A stretch of DNA of 64,000 bases, from NCBI RefSeq assembly GCF_964194025.1, contig NC_134481.1, forward strand, positions 13,082,001 through 13,146,000, given 5' to 3'. The translations under genes were made by a program, and so were the position numbers. Positions within the stretch are counted from its first letter, which is position 1. The number at the start of each line of letters is the position of its first letter. Of this stretch, positions 1-12,830 are shown in pieces. This stretch comes from Convolutriloba macropyga. Lineage: Eukaryota. Below the pieces are notes generated by a model that was not told where the DNA came from, did no database searches, and saw only the letters and a program-made list of their open reading frames with translations.

Positions 1-1815
1 TCTAAAGTCCACAAAACTCTTCTGAAACAAATTCTCTAAGCCCTGAAGACATCATTTGAATAGTTTAAACAAAAAAATATTGTTTGATTCAACAAAATAT
101 TTTTAAAAGCTCTAAATAAAGAGGCTAAGTTACGAAATTGATAAAACATTGTAAAATACGAAAAAAAACGCAAACCAGAACGAAAGGGAAAGGTTGAAGA
201 AAACTATTAATCTTATTTCCAGAAATTTAATTCGAAAGTCAAAACATCCACTAGTTATTTATCGATATCAGTTATTTAGGTTCAATTGTTTATCTATAGT
301 TGGCCACGGAGATCTTTAATTACACTATATTTGGCAGATGACAATAAATTAACAAATAAAGGGCAAAAATAAAAAACTCTACCAAATTCTGCAAGAGAAC
401 GGTGTCGCAGCCCTTCAAACCACTGGTTATAAAAACAAAAATTATGTTCAATTTCAAATGTTTTAAAGCTTTTTTCAGTTAGATTGGTAATTAACGTGAC
501 AATATACAAAAGAAACAAAAACAACAACAAAAATTGGCAATAATGTACAAAAATTAGAAAATTTTGTATAAAAACGTAGTACCAAAAGCAAGACAATCTT
601 CTGTTAAAACAATCGGCCACAAAAAAGTTTTTATTCTATAAGGAGGAAAGGTTGACCTGTACTGATTGAGAATAAGCAAAATGTTGACTAAAATACTATA
701 AAAAATTGACAACTTCAAAAAATCAAAGAAAATTCCTTAAAACAAATAAATTCAATAACATATGAGACATTAGGTAACAACCGAATGTATAAAAAAGGTT
801 TACTTCCACCTTTTGAAGAAAAAATTTAGATCTTTGAGTGGTCAAACTTAAAAATCTGCCAAAAGAATAACAATTGAAGGCAAAAGACAAGAATTCAATT
901 AAATTTTACTAAAACTCTTCCTCAAAGCCATAAAAACCCTTTACTTCTCTAGAAAAAAACTGTATCTACATTCGGGCTCAATTTTACATAAATTGTAGCT
1001 TTCATTAACGGAGCCGTGAATAAAAAATATTGTCAGTAATTAACATAAAAGAACCAAAGCAAATTATTTTGAAAAAAAAGGCAGCATCAAAAATAAAAAA
1101 CCAGAAAGTCTCCGATTCTAAGAGTCCATGATATTATCGAACCTCTCCCTGATTTTGTCGCGCGCCCTGCAAACCGACCAAGTGTTCCAAGTATTTGCGA
1201 ATTAGACCAATTGTTGTGTGGAATTCTTCAAATATTGAAAAAAAAATGCAAGTTTTAATTCCAGAAGACTTTCATACGGCGCATAAATGCAACTAGAGCT
1301 CTTTTTGAGATAAGGGAGTCTGTGTTTAGCTTTCTAGGTCACTAAGTCTGGCAAATTCTAACAAAGTGGACCAAAAAAGCTTATTTTGTGCCATTTTTGA
1401 TGAAAAAAGTTTGAATTTTAAAAATTTTATCAAAAATTTTAGCCAAAAAAAAATTCAATCAAACAATTCAGCAACGTTTTTCTATCTCTAACGGTAACTA
1501 CAACACTCGGCCGTTAAAAATTTTAAATTTTTTGACTTATATTAGGGAAATTGTGCCAAATCTTAGCAAAAATTACTGAAAATGTGAACAAAAACAGTCG
1601 AATGTTCACAAAATTTTAAAGCTCGATAACTCCCTGTAAAACACGAAAATCAAAAAATTTTTTAATTCCGTATTCTACGCTGAACGGTCTTTTTAATGAT
1701 ACCACTCACAATTCTCTACGATGAATATATCGGTCGGCCAAAATTGACTGAACAAAAAAAAACCAGTTGAGTATATAGTTCCTCCCTCCCCACTAAAGTG
1801 GGGGTCGGAACAATT
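1..1815 (-). mobile_element. Helentron/DINE-1-like non-autonomous element, family A, copy 1 (truncated by window edge)
   Basis: The right end CCCCACTAAAGTGGGGGTCGGAACAATT is a hairpin overlapping a subterminal repeat. It matches 16775-16800 and the reverse complement of 29498-29525. The interior resembles 14380-16800 (e.g. GTGTCGCAGCC at ~402 and ~14505). Confidence 0.65.
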
Positions 1816-2389
1816 AAGTAACCAAACGCCGCTACGCAAATTTGCCAAAGCATCAAGTTACTACTATTGGGAGGAACAATAGGAAAATAAATGTAAACTC
1901 GTGCAAAAAATCGGACTAACTAGGGTATAATACGAGTGCTTATTAGTGTTTCAAAAAGTTCGGCAAATTATATTTTTCGGGGACTTTTAGAGATACTGAA
2001 ACGAGAGGAATCTGTGAGATATCCGAATATTGAAAAAAGTTTACAATTTTTGGTAGAGCCGAAAACTTTTCTGAGCAGGAAGAAAGCAACAACCGATACT
2101 GCTCCACTAGGAAGGGGCTGCTGCTAGCAATATGAAGCAATAAATATGAAAATTGATGCTTTCTATCCCAAAAAACTCAATATTTTGTTCCGTTCCTACA
2201 ATTTAGTGGCAGTGGGCCGCAAAAGTTAATAGTGTTTGGAGTTAGTTTATAGCTTTTTATTTTATATATTTATTCATATTTTATATATTTATATATTTAT
2301 ACACCATGGGATATCAGTTTCTCAAGTTCCAAGACTGAATTATATTTTTGAAGATATCTACAGTCAAGTATTATTAAGTGCTAGGTGCA

Positions 2390-2720
2390 ATCTTTTTGAC
2401 CACACGCTGAAACACACCCGTTCAAATTAACTTGAACGAGGCTATGAACACAGCACGGAATTTGAGCAGGCTAAAATTTAACCATAAACCCTTAATGTCT
2501 AGATGGGTTTGATCTGGAAATAACTAATTACGAGTTCTTTTGAAAAATCCGGTTGATGAGCGAATTCAACTCAAAATGGGCTGTATTGATGAAAACTGAG
2601 CTAAGCTCATGCATGATTATATATAGCCGAAAATGCAGTGAGCTCAAGAATGAATTGAGCTGAAATGCGCTGAATTTACACATCCAAGAATTGAAACAAT
2701 TCCAAGAATTGAAAACTGAT
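2390..2720. repeat. Degenerate short-period tandem repeat / MITE remnant
   Basis: Recurrent AATTGAG/AATTTGAG-like units. 2631-2717 aligns with 3792-3880, and a related reversed tract lies at ~3120-3290. Confidence 0.5.
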
Positions 2721-2845
2721 TGAGATATATTATAGTAAAACCTTGTACATAAACTTTCTCATACGTCAAACTGTTTACTATCAGACCTATCAGTATCAGT
2801 TTTAACGGATGTAAGAAATTTTCTTAACAGTTTTCTTTTACTAAC

Positions 2846-3042
2846 CGTTCAATGCATGCACCCATGAAAACGTCTTCCAGTTTGAGGAATGGGAATCTGT
2901 AACACATCCGGGCCACTTTTCGGGCAACGTCCGCTGACATGAAGTAGAAAGGACCCTCGCAGTAGAAGGGGAATGCTGATGCAGGGTACTGTTCCTCACT
3001 CACGTAGAACTTGTTCGAAGGGTCCCGAACCGGAGCCGCATT
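2846..3042 (-). CDS. GT31 beta-1,3-galactosyltransferase-like, exon (PVRD..KFYV / YP..FP.YC.G / LEDVF motifs)
   Basis: Translates NAAPVRDPSNKFYVSEEQYPASAFPFYCEGPFYFMSADVARKV...LEDVFMGACIE, the GT31 C-terminal motifs. It has a pyrimidine-rich AAG acceptor at 3043 and a GTTAGT donor at 2845. Confidence 0.88.
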
Positions 3043-3467
3043 CTTGATGAAAAAGAAAATGAAATTGAAGAGGAAAAAAGGTAGAATTATAAGCATTTTT
3101 TTCAATTTTAGGTAAACTGAGTTATGATTTTGTTAACTTGACTTCAGAGCTTGAACTTTTGGAAAAAAACAGTCAAATTTCTTAAGCCGATATCTTAAAC
3201 TCAGCGCTTGATGAATGTGTGACATAATTTGTGATAAATATTGCTGAATTTTTGAGTAGGAATTGTACTCAATTAGTTTGCTCTCACATGCAAATGAAAA
3301 CAAAAATTTATTCATAGGGGGAGGGGACAGTTTTGCGATTTTCATTCAAGCTGCTGAGCTTAAGTTTCTATAGCAAAAAGGCAGCAAAACTTATCAGAGC
3401 CAACTTCTCATATAATTGTTTGTTAATTTTTGTGACCAGTCAGAGTAAAAAAAATAGATAAAACTAC

Positions 3468-3646
3468 CTTCTGACACCTTCCCCCGTAACTTTGTTTCTG
3501 ATCCACTTGAGACAGAATAGCCTCCACTATGTCTATATTGATGTATGAGTCATCGTCTGCTTTGATCACAAACATCACATCTGGGCACAGCCTGTCCACC
3601 CACGTGAAGGCAGTTAGCATCTTCAGTGTCAAGTTCTGGTAACTAT
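3468..3646 (-). CDS. GT31 galactosyltransferase-like, exon with DDD (DxD) motif
   Basis: Translates (D)SYQNLTLKMLTAFTWVDRLCPDVMFVIKADDDSYINI...GGRCQK. It has a TTCAG acceptor and an AAG|GTAGTT donor, and its phases fit the neighbouring exons. Confidence 0.92.
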
Positions 3647-3885
3647 CTGAAGAGCATGTGTGGACAGATTTGTCGAAGAGATTGACAGTGGGATAAATTC
3701 AGGTTGAAAATGTTGAATATGTGATCCGTTTATGCGTGAATTTTCAATCAAAATGAGTAGAAATGATGTCGAATTGAACCCAAAATGCAGAAAATGCAGT
3801 GAGTTCAAAAACGAATTGGGTTGAAATATGTGCAAAATTTACACATCTAAGAAATGAAATAATTCCGAGAATTGCAAATTGCAGT

Positions 3886-3995
3886 CTAGGATACCCCCAC
3901 GGAAAAAAAACACCTAATTTTAGATAGGAAAAAAACTCCCAAGGAAACAAACCCCGTGGAAAGAACCCCGTGGAAGTAACCCCCCCCCCCCTATT
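3886..3995. repeat. MITE-like remnant with ~15-bp CCCC(G/A)(T/C)GGAAA repeats
   Basis: About five copies of CCCCGTGGAAA-like units ending in a C run. Confidence 0.45.
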
Positions 3996-4269
3996 TAAAA
4001 TTCGACTTCTGGTACTGATCAAATATGTTCAGTTGGTCAGTTTCATATCAGGTCCCACAGGCCGCTAAGGTATGGTAATGGCCCAGGAGGCAAGGCAAAA
4101 CGTGCTATATGCGCAGCTCTTTAATAGACAAGTGGGGGTTTATTTACGTGGTGGTTAAATTCTTATCCACAATTAAGAGGTTTTTTTCGTGTTTTTTTTT
4201 TCAAACCCGAAAATTGATTGAGATATATTATTGTAAAACAGTATCAAACCTATCACACCTTTCAACCGA

Positions 4270-7235
4270 GGTAATATTTTTCGTACATTGTTACTCTTGT
4301 TGTACTTTTGTGAAACAAAGTCTTAAAACTACGAGCACTGTTACTTTTAATTCTCTCCGTCCTCTCAACAATTTCAATGGTATTGGATGTACAGATTTGT
4401 CTATTTGTGTCCTCATTGTCTTCGAGTTGCTCATTTCTTTTCGACTTGAGATGAGAATCTTAACGATACAATTTCCACGAGGTGTAAAAAATGTGTGCAG
4501 CACAAAATTTGGAACTGCGTTCTTAAAACTGTGCCCTTTTCTATAGTATATTATGGAACAATAGTTACACTAAAATAAGTTTCTCATTTTATTTTCAGCC
4601 AAAATGTAGGAGATTAATCGTGGTAGTGTCGCTTAGTGGCAGTTGAGTAGTCGGCTCAATTCTACGTGATATTCAGCTGGAGTCGGTTCCGGCTATGCTT
4701 TAAGATCTGTTCACGCATGATTTCTAGTCAATAAAAAATCGCTGAAATGTCAGAGCACAATTTCTTCCTCGAATAATTTCACATTTATCCTTTTTTCACT
4801 TTCAAATAAGCATGTAAAAGTTTTTTAAAAAAAGATATTTTGTTGTCATCCTTGAACAGAATCTTTGCAATCGATTGGACAATGAAGTTGAGATATAAAT
4901 TGTATGTTTCTAAATCAGCGTTTAGAGAGCTACCACAACTGCTCTATTTGTTCGACAAATTTTAGTTGTCTACCTTTTCATGTTTCACTTCAACAAAAAA
5001 TTGTTTACATCAACAAAAAAAAGTTTGTCTAATGCATGAGTGCTGTTTTCCTCTTTGAATCGTTTCAATCGAATATTGCCAGTATCTCATTTTTCTGAGA
5101 AAAAAGCTTAAAATGGGACTCAGGTTTTTTTTAACTGACAAACATTGAATTTTCTGATTTTACTTTGAAAAGTTAATTTTAATTTTGACTTACGTTTTCA
5201 TCTGAAACTCACAGAATTTGAGTGGAACAGTAGGCTAAAAAATTGCAAGTATCACAGTGGAAAACAGTCCTTTTAACAAAATAGATCAACAGTTGATCAA
5301 ACGTTAGTTTTCACAATCCTGTCAAACAATGGAACATCAAGGCACGTCAGATGCTATATCTGCTCCAAATGCGCAGTTACATACATGTAGGTAATGTACA
5401 CGAGTAAATAATAGGTAATACTGTGTTAAAATCATATTTCAATCTTTTATTCTCCATTCAGATGCATACTTGCTTTTTCAAGTCAAGAATTGCACTGTTA
5501 CTACTGTTAGATCCTTAAATTTAGAAAAGTTAAAAACAGTAGTCAGTTTCTAATCAAAACTTTTTTTGTGAAGCACAATTTTAGAATACTTGATCCAATG
5601 TCCTCTTAGAAGAGGACATTGCACCAAGTATGTCAATTAGAGGAGGAATTTGGACAAAGTACGCCAAATTTTTGCTTCAAAAATGGAAGGTTCTGAAGAA
5701 AACCAAACACTGCTTTCAACTTATTTCTGAATTTCTTTTCGCACATAATTTGTTACTTTTGTTGTACTTTTGTGAAATGAAGTCCTAAAACTACGAGCAC
5801 GGTTACTTTTATTTCTTTACGTCCTTTCAAATGTTTCAATGGTATTGGATGTCCCGATTTATCTCTTTATGTCTTCATTGTCTTCGGGTTGCCTATCTTT
5901 GTTCGACTTGAGATGATAGTGTTAGTGAGTAGTTAGAGCTCGATCCTAATTGGATATCCAATTCAGATAGGTTCCGGCTCTGATTTAAAGTCGGTTCACA
6001 CATGATGTCTAAGTCATATTGAAGTGATGATTTTGGTTACGGTGAAACAGAAAGTTGAGCAAAAAAGCAAGTGGTTTTGCGGCGTGAAAACTGTTCATCT
6101 AATTTTGAAGTAGTGTGAGCAAACGATATTTGAAAACAAATTTGCTTTCTTGCTAGAAGGTTTTTGTTCTCGTGTGGCATTTTGACATGATTGTAACTGC
6201 CTTCAACAATTTTCCTGTCGGGTTTTTGTAAATGTTTTTCCAAATGCAGTCATAGTCCATTCTGAGTCTAGGTTTTTGTTCTTACTCAAAAAATTTTTTT
6301 TAAATGTTGCTCAGGACTTTTCCTGCGATTTTTATTTCTTCCTCGGGTCATTGGCCTTAAACGTTACAAAAAAAATATTTCACAATTATCCATTTTTCAT
6401 TTTGAAATCATCTTGTAAAAGTAATAAATATTGAGATGTTGTTAGCCTCCTCGAATAGGATTTTTGGAATTGATTAGACAATAAAGTTCAAATATAAATT
6501 CTATATTTCTAAATCAGCTTTCAGAGAGTTGTTACACCTGCTCTTTTTATTTGAAAGATTTTTATATGTCTACATTTGTAGATTTCACATAAAAAACGCA
6601 TTGTTTGTTTCCAAAAAATTACAGTTTTGTCCATCGCTTGAGTGCTGTTTTTAATTTTTCTAATTTTTGTCAAATCTTGTCAATTGACCGTTGTCAGTAT
6701 TGTCAGTATTGCATGTAGCACAGTGCAAAGCAGTCCATTTAACAAAATGGATCAAAAGTTGATCAACTGTTATTTTTCGGGATGCTGTCACATAACGCAA
6801 GAGAGTAGATCAAAGCATGACACATGCTACTTTTGCTCCAAATGCGCGGTTACATACATGTAGGTAATATGACGATTAATTAATAAGTAGATGATAAGTA
6901 CTGTTTTAATATAATGAATCATTTTTTATTCTCCATTCAGTTTTCGGTTTTTGAAAAGAAATTATTTTTTCAAGTCGAGAACTGCACTCTGTTGAAACTG
7001 TTAGATTCCTAAATTCAAAAAATAGACAAAAGCAGTTGTCGGTTTCTAATCAGAACTTTTTTGTGAAGCTTATTTTCTGCATGCTCTTAGAAGAAGACAT
7101 TGCACCAACTATGTCACATAGAAGAAGAAATTGGACCAAGTACGCAGAATTTATGCTTCAAAAAATTGAAGGTTCTGATGAGAACCGAACCTTGCTGTTA
7201 ACTAATTTCTTAACCTTAACGAAGTGCAAGTCCTG
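4270..7235. repeat. Diverged tandem duplication, period ~1.46 kb, intronic
   Basis: An AAGTC(C/T)T(A/G)AAA anchor recurs at ~4319, ~5780 and ~7229. Blocks align in order: 4280-4460/5745-5915, 4770-5050/6375-6650, 5250-5730/6715-7210. Confidence 0.85.
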
Positions 7236-8477
7236 AAAATTACCTTCTATGTATGAAAAACAGAAAAAACAGACTGCCGAAAAACAGCAACTGTTGACCC
7301 CATTGACCTACGTTGAGATTGAAACAGTTAAAACAAAAAGAAAACCGTTGAAATTGAAACAGTTTGGACGAAAAGAAAACAACAAAAATCAATTGTAAAA
7401 AGTGTTCTATTTTGGTCTGCAGTTTCAATATACTCGATAACGATGGTGAATTGAGTCTCTAAATTGGCGGACAATATGCTTAACACTAAAAAATTAGCCG
7501 TATACTCTGAGGAACTTTGATAACTTACTGCATTTAGTCTTTCAACATTAAGTCTTAGAGCCTGACCTTTATTGATTTATCTGGTTCCGTTTGAGTTTGA
7601 ACCAGATGTCAAAGATGAAAGTCGTGACTTTAGTAAAATCGAAATCGTGGTCGAAAGGTAAAACGAATTTCAAAAGCAGAGCGTCTTTACAATAGTCTTT
7701 GAGAGGCTGACGGCCGCTATTAAATAGCAGGGTTAGTAACATCTATATAGATACCCTTGCCAACAAATTAAGCGTTACTTTCCTTGGGTTAAGCTGTCAA
7801 AACCAATGCCAGTCCTACGCCAGTCATTTGAAAGCAATTCATCCTAACTTTGTAGAATACTTCTATATTTAATTTTCGGTTTTTTAATTTCTATTATTGG
7901 TTTCAATGTCGAATAGACTTCTTTTTTATCAGAATATTTCTTTTAAGCAGTCTTAAAAGCTGACTACAATGCTCTAAAGGTTAAACTTTGAAAAAGTGGA
8001 TTCTCGGACGGCCAAAAAATTAACCAGGGCGCTTCAAATCAGTGCATAATTTGTTTTCAATCCATTTGCGTTTCTGTTGAACTTGTATAAAAATTTCAAG
8101 TTCTGATAAGTTATCTAGCATATAACAGGTAGGAAATTCTGTAAAAACGCTCATCACTCACCCTCTTCGACCCTCATTACGACCCTTTTCTTTTTGTTTG
8201 TGGGACCATCCAGACTAATATCATTGAACCAAACTAAGATTTGATGAATTTAGTTTTAATTTCTTCAAAAATATGTCTTTTCTAGATATTCATATTCTAC
8301 CGTGCTAACAAAAAAGGTGTCTCGCAGAAGAGTTGACTTTTTGGGCTTCGCCGTGGAAGCCGAAACCGAAACACTTTCTAACAACTATTTGATAGCCCGT
8401 CATCAACGAGTGGATAGTTTCATATTTTGTCATAAAAGGAGATAGATATTGTGCACAAAGCGTAAACAATAGCCAAC

Positions 8478-8578
8478 CAATAAAATTTCCAATGATGAGA
8501 TCGTGGAACCACTTCTGCTCTAGTTCGACCAGTTCTTCTTCCTCCCGACTTGAGGGACGTCCAATAACAAATACGAAA
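8478..8578 (-). CDS. GT31 galactosyltransferase-like exon
   Basis: Translates FVFVIGRPSSREEEELVELEQKWFHDLIIGNFI, fitting GT31 F.(L/I)G...E...(Y/H).DI/L. It has a TTTGTAG acceptor, and the phase-1 end joins the next exon to give NFI-D-SYQNLTLK. Confidence 0.88.
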
Positions 8579-8698
8579 CTACAAAGACGCACAAGTCAGA
8601 CAACGGTTTCTTCTTGCTAAATTTAGGAGTTCGAAAAAAGCACTTGTGTTCGAAAAAAGCATTTGCACCTATGAGCACATACCATTGCATTTACTGAT

Positions 8699-8830
8699 CA
8701 GTGCAGGATCAGTAAATGCACCAGTAGAAGCGCATCCCCCATGTACATGCATGCATGGGGGAGGGAGATCTACAACATGAGCTAAGTAAGGGGAGGGGGG
8801 GGGGGGGGGGGGTTGAGGCTTCAGAACATT
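8699..8830. mobile_element. Short MITE-like fragment with G run
   Basis: Starts CAGTGCAGGATC and contains a ~20-nt G run. Similar G/C-run fragments occur at 28045-28070, 36870-36916, 37375-37490 and 50005-50155. Confidence 0.3.
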
Positions 8831-9367
8831 TCTTGCGAAAGAAAAACCACGCGAGTTCGCAGGTCCATCCTGTACCATAGATCATGCATCGTAGTGCTTG
8901 ACTATTAAGCTCTAAATGCACTGAAAATCTTAATCTTCAACCCCAATTTTCTGTAATTTAAGACAGACGGCATCAACGTTGAGAAATCCGCTAACTTTTA
9001 TTGCGTTCTATGAAGGAGAACAACGCGCTATGGAGAAAATATAAGGCTCAGCTGTAAAGCTATACTGCTGCTTTATTTGTCTTTATGAGCCAAATTGTCG
9101 CTTCACTTTTAATTCCTGGGTTATAATGTCTCGAGAAAGAAAAAAAAAAATTTTTTTCCAGGATTTTAGGGAAAAATCCTTTCCTTTTGTGCAACTTTTG
9201 GCCTAGAAGTGAAGAAAGGGCACATGCACAGAAATATATTTGTCTATTTTCCATAAAAGCACCATGAAGTTATTTTGTGGGTTAATGAATCAAAAAATTG
9301 TTTTAAAGGGTCAACTGCAGCAGTGAAATATTATACTCGCAAATGGCAGCGAGAAAGAAACAGTTGC

Positions 9368-9513
9368 CTGAATGTGAAAGCATGAATCTGCTTGTCGATT
9401 TTGTCGTAATTGAGATGGTTTGAGTTGGCCCATGTGGATCTGACAACCAGTCGTCTGTAATAGTTGCCAGCTGTGCTTGGGATAATTACCACTACGTGGT
9501 TCACCGAAGATAT
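9368..9513 (-). CDS. GT31 galactosyltransferase-like exon (RR..R.TW motif)
   Basis: Translates ISSVNHVVVIIPSTAGNYYRRLVVRSTWANS..., GT31 motif I. It has a TTTTACAG acceptor. The 3' boundary is inferred as a GC donor (AG|GCAACT) from phase. Confidence 0.82.
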
Positions 9514-9539
9514 CTGTAAAATAGATAAACAGAATTTAA

Positions 9540-10650
9540 GAAAAAAAAAGTCGGCGAAACAGATCTGGGTTAGATTGATCAATTTTTTTATAAAGTGAAG
9601 GTTCTCTTAAGTTTATAAAATTTTCTAGTCGGTTTGCAATTCGACAGGTTTTAAAGGTGAATTCGCTGCACGCTTTCTCTGTTCGAGTTTTTGTCATTTT
9701 GAAAATTTCGTTGTTCCTTGTTTCTTTCGTATGTACTTCTGGTAGTTCGATGGCACTATTCTCTTCATTCAAAGCTTTTGAAACTAGTAATAGATCGTTA
9801 AGCTGGATAAACATTGGTAGTGGCAATATGTTTCATATTCGAAGCTGAATTTTGTATTCTGTATCTTTATTTCCCATTATCCATTTGACTACCTTTTTTA
9901 AAACTTTTCCGGAATTTGAAATTCAGTTCTTCCTGCAGTCAAGCCAAGCACGTGAAACCATACAGCAGTACCGGTAAAATTAAGGGCCTATATAATCCCA
10001 ATTTCACAAACGTGTTTGCGTTAATTACAACATTTCGCTTATTTTCCATTCATTTTTCTCCTCATAAAAACCTCAAAACAGTCTGTATTGGCCAATGGAA
10101 CCCGATGGAGCCTACATGGCTCGTTAGAGGTCCCTCTTATGATCCACTTTTTGCTCGCTGGAGGTCATTTAAGACTTATAATTGGATTTGGCTCACTGAA
10201 GCTGTTTTTAATGAGATTTTAAACCGTTCAAAATTGTTGATAGTCAGACTTTAGGCAGACGTCGAGTAATGACATCGTCGGCCGCTTGTTTAAAAATGCC
10301 TCGGACCTATACCAAGAGTATATCTATTACCAGCTGCTAATATGATCATCCGTACAGTTATAGAAACTTCTAACAACGTTTCCTGTTAACTAGATATCTT
10401 AATTCCTTGTTATATTTACGCGTAAGATTAAAAAAAACAAAAATATTGTATTGAGTATTAAAGCAAATACTTTGTCGGTAGCTGTAATAATATCTATTGT
10501 GTATGGCAGAATTCAAAAAAATGGAGGATGTGCCCATAAAAAATATGGGTTATACAATTTTCAGCAATTGTGAGAGGTTGAATACTTAAAAAGATTCTTC
10601 GTTGCACTGACTCCATCATTTTAGCCTTATGAGTTTCATTGCTTATCCAG
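9540..10650 (-). mobile_element. Degenerate non-LTR retrotransposon (LINE) post-RT fragments
   Basis: Minus-strand pieces read VKLGLYRPLILPVLLYGF (9952-10007), LPLPMFIQLNDLLLVSK (~9780-9826) and MMESVQRR (~10596-10620). These are typical of the region C-terminal to LINE RT and are interrupted by stops and frameshifts. Confidence 0.6.
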
Positions 10651-11588
10651 TGTCAAGGGGTTTGTAATTGTTAAAATAAAAGTAAAAGTCTCAATGTAGA
10701 TTTTAGATATTCAGTACTATCTACAGTTACTCGCAGAAAAGATTGTCGCTTTGGCTTTCGGATAAAATGCGCTTTTATGATTTCATCAGTTTAAAGTTTG
10801 TTTTGTTTTTGTTTATCAAGCTTCAAAGAATGCTGTTCTATTTTGTTTACGCGTTGAGAAACCGCATTCCACTATCTGTCAGTGGAATCATTAAATGAAG
10901 AGGCAGGTTGGAGAGCTGACTAATTTTAGACTGAGGTCAACTATGTGAAGACAACAAGAATAGGTCTATGGTTTTGCTGATTCTCTGCCAGGAGTTGCAA
11001 AGCAGAAAAAATTTTCTATAAGTAGAGCGAGGCTACTTCTTCGAGGTGTGATCTGATTGGGTTTCTACGTGAACAGAAAAAAAACTCGAGGAGAAGTTGA
11101 AGCGGGAGATCTTTTCCTAAATAAAAAAATTAAAATATTTAGACAAAAATAAACCTGATGGCTTGAATACTGGGAGTGGAATGTTCCAATTTAAAATTTA
11201 TGAATGTTGAATCCAATATAGATTGACGTGAGCTGGAGTCAAGATAGTTCTAAATATAACCGAGGAAGTGCTGATTACGGAGAAAGCGGCTAATGAGTAT
11301 TTTCGCAGCGTTTTTTGGCAGTGTGTGTCTACATTAATGAAAACTCTTGGAGAAGGCGTGCTCGAATGTTACTTGGTTTGGTTGTAAATTCTGAAAAAAG
11401 GTACTAAAAGTTTATATTAATAGGAGCTGGATAGATATGTTGTGGGTGGTAACTCTCGATTGATTAGAAGAATCCTATAGGCAAGAAAATTCGAAGTATC
11501 GCGAAATATTACGTGGAGGTGTAAATGCATAGGCTTTATGTGAGTCATGGTTACAAAAGTATACTTTACTAAAACGTATCGGAAGGCG

Positions 11589-11702
11589 GGTGACCGGACA
11601 ATAGATCGAAAGGACAACAGATCGAAAACAAAAAATTTGGGACAATAGATCGATCTATTTTCGCTTTCGATCTATTGTCGTTCGATCTATTGTCCTAGCA
11701 CC
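11589..11702. mobile_element. Mutator-like MITE (foldback) with 9-bp TSD
   Basis: The ends are GGTG..GGACAATAGATCGAA and TTCGATCTATTGTCC..CACC, with internal 15-bp repeats. The flanks are CGGAAGGCG (11580-11588) and CGGAACGCG (11703-11711), 8/9 identical. Confidence 0.75.
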
Positions 11703-12635
11703 CGGAACGCGATAGGCGAATGTTAATCACCGATTTTAGAAGCTTATTATAGATTTTAATGCATAGTTAAGGCTATTAGCTGTAGCTAGTTAGCTGTTTC
11801 AAAGCGCACTTTTAAGCGGATAACATTGCGATTAACAGTTGGCGTAGAGCAGTTTTTTATGCGCGCACTACTCTTCATAGCAACTGTTTACTAATTCGTA
11901 ATTGTGTTTCAATTCAGATTTATTCAATCAATCTATCTAAATTTAAAATGCAACAAGCAAGATTTCTATGAAGTTATTGATTATTAGTAGACATATTATT
12001 TTGATTAACAGAGAAATTTCAGAGAAAGAAAGTTTCGAGAGAGTTTATAAACTGATCTCTGGTATGATTTTTTGGTGACCTGATCTTCATTTCTTCCGCT
12101 GCTTTGCACTTCGGGCTGCATTGATCCTTGTTAAATATTTACTGGTCTCTCAAGTGTGTCCGTATCAGTTCACATGTTTCTTGGTAAGCTTTGAGTACAT
12201 TTACAAAAAAAATATTGACACGCGAGCTATACCAATATAATTACTTCACCGCAATTACTTGTTTTCTCCTTTACAGGACTCACGAATTATACAAGTTTAC
12301 CTTCAAAAAAATTTAAAAGTTAAATGTTCAGGAAATTTAAGTACATGCTACAAAATCAAACGTGTACAATTATTATCTTGTCATACGGTTGTTATTGGTA
12401 AAAAATAAACAAAATATGGGTTATGGTCCTAGATGGAAAATTCGGTTAATTTTTTTGAGAATGGTTGACAAGATCTCGTGCCATATGGTGAATAAATAAG
12501 AAACTTATTTGAAAGAACTTGGTTTTGAAGTGTCCTAATAAGGAAGATCTTTATCGAAATAGCTGTGTGATAATACGATTTCTAATTTATGCACAGACAT
12601 TTACAAAATCCTTTTACTATAATTTTACCTTAACT

Positions 12636-12830
12636 GTTCAGGTGTGTTTTTCAGGTAAATTTAAGGTATGTTCAGGTAAACGTTCAGGTAGGTAGTCCCC
12701 CTTAATTTTTCAGGTAATTTTCAGGTAAAGTTGAGGTAAGTTAAGGTAAGTTCAGGTAAGGCAAAACTACCTGAACGTTCCAGGTAAGTTAAGGTATTTT
12801 TTCAGGTAAATTTACCTGTTTTATTTAGTG
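12636..12830 (-). mobile_element. CACTA/CMC-like terminus with ~10-bp subterminal repeats (TTCAGGTAAG)
   Basis: About 14 (C/A)AGGTA units, some inverted (TACCTG). The tract ends ...TTTAGTG, which reads CACTAAA on the minus strand. Confidence 0.5.

Noticed and set aside
9536-9826. ORF as a GT31 stem exon
   Set aside because: It has no suitable donor, and the sequence resembles the LINE post-RT region and adjoins other LINE motifs.
12636-12830. CRISPR-like repeat array
   Set aside because: The ~10-bp units have no unique spacers, there are no cas genes, and the context is a eukaryotic intron.
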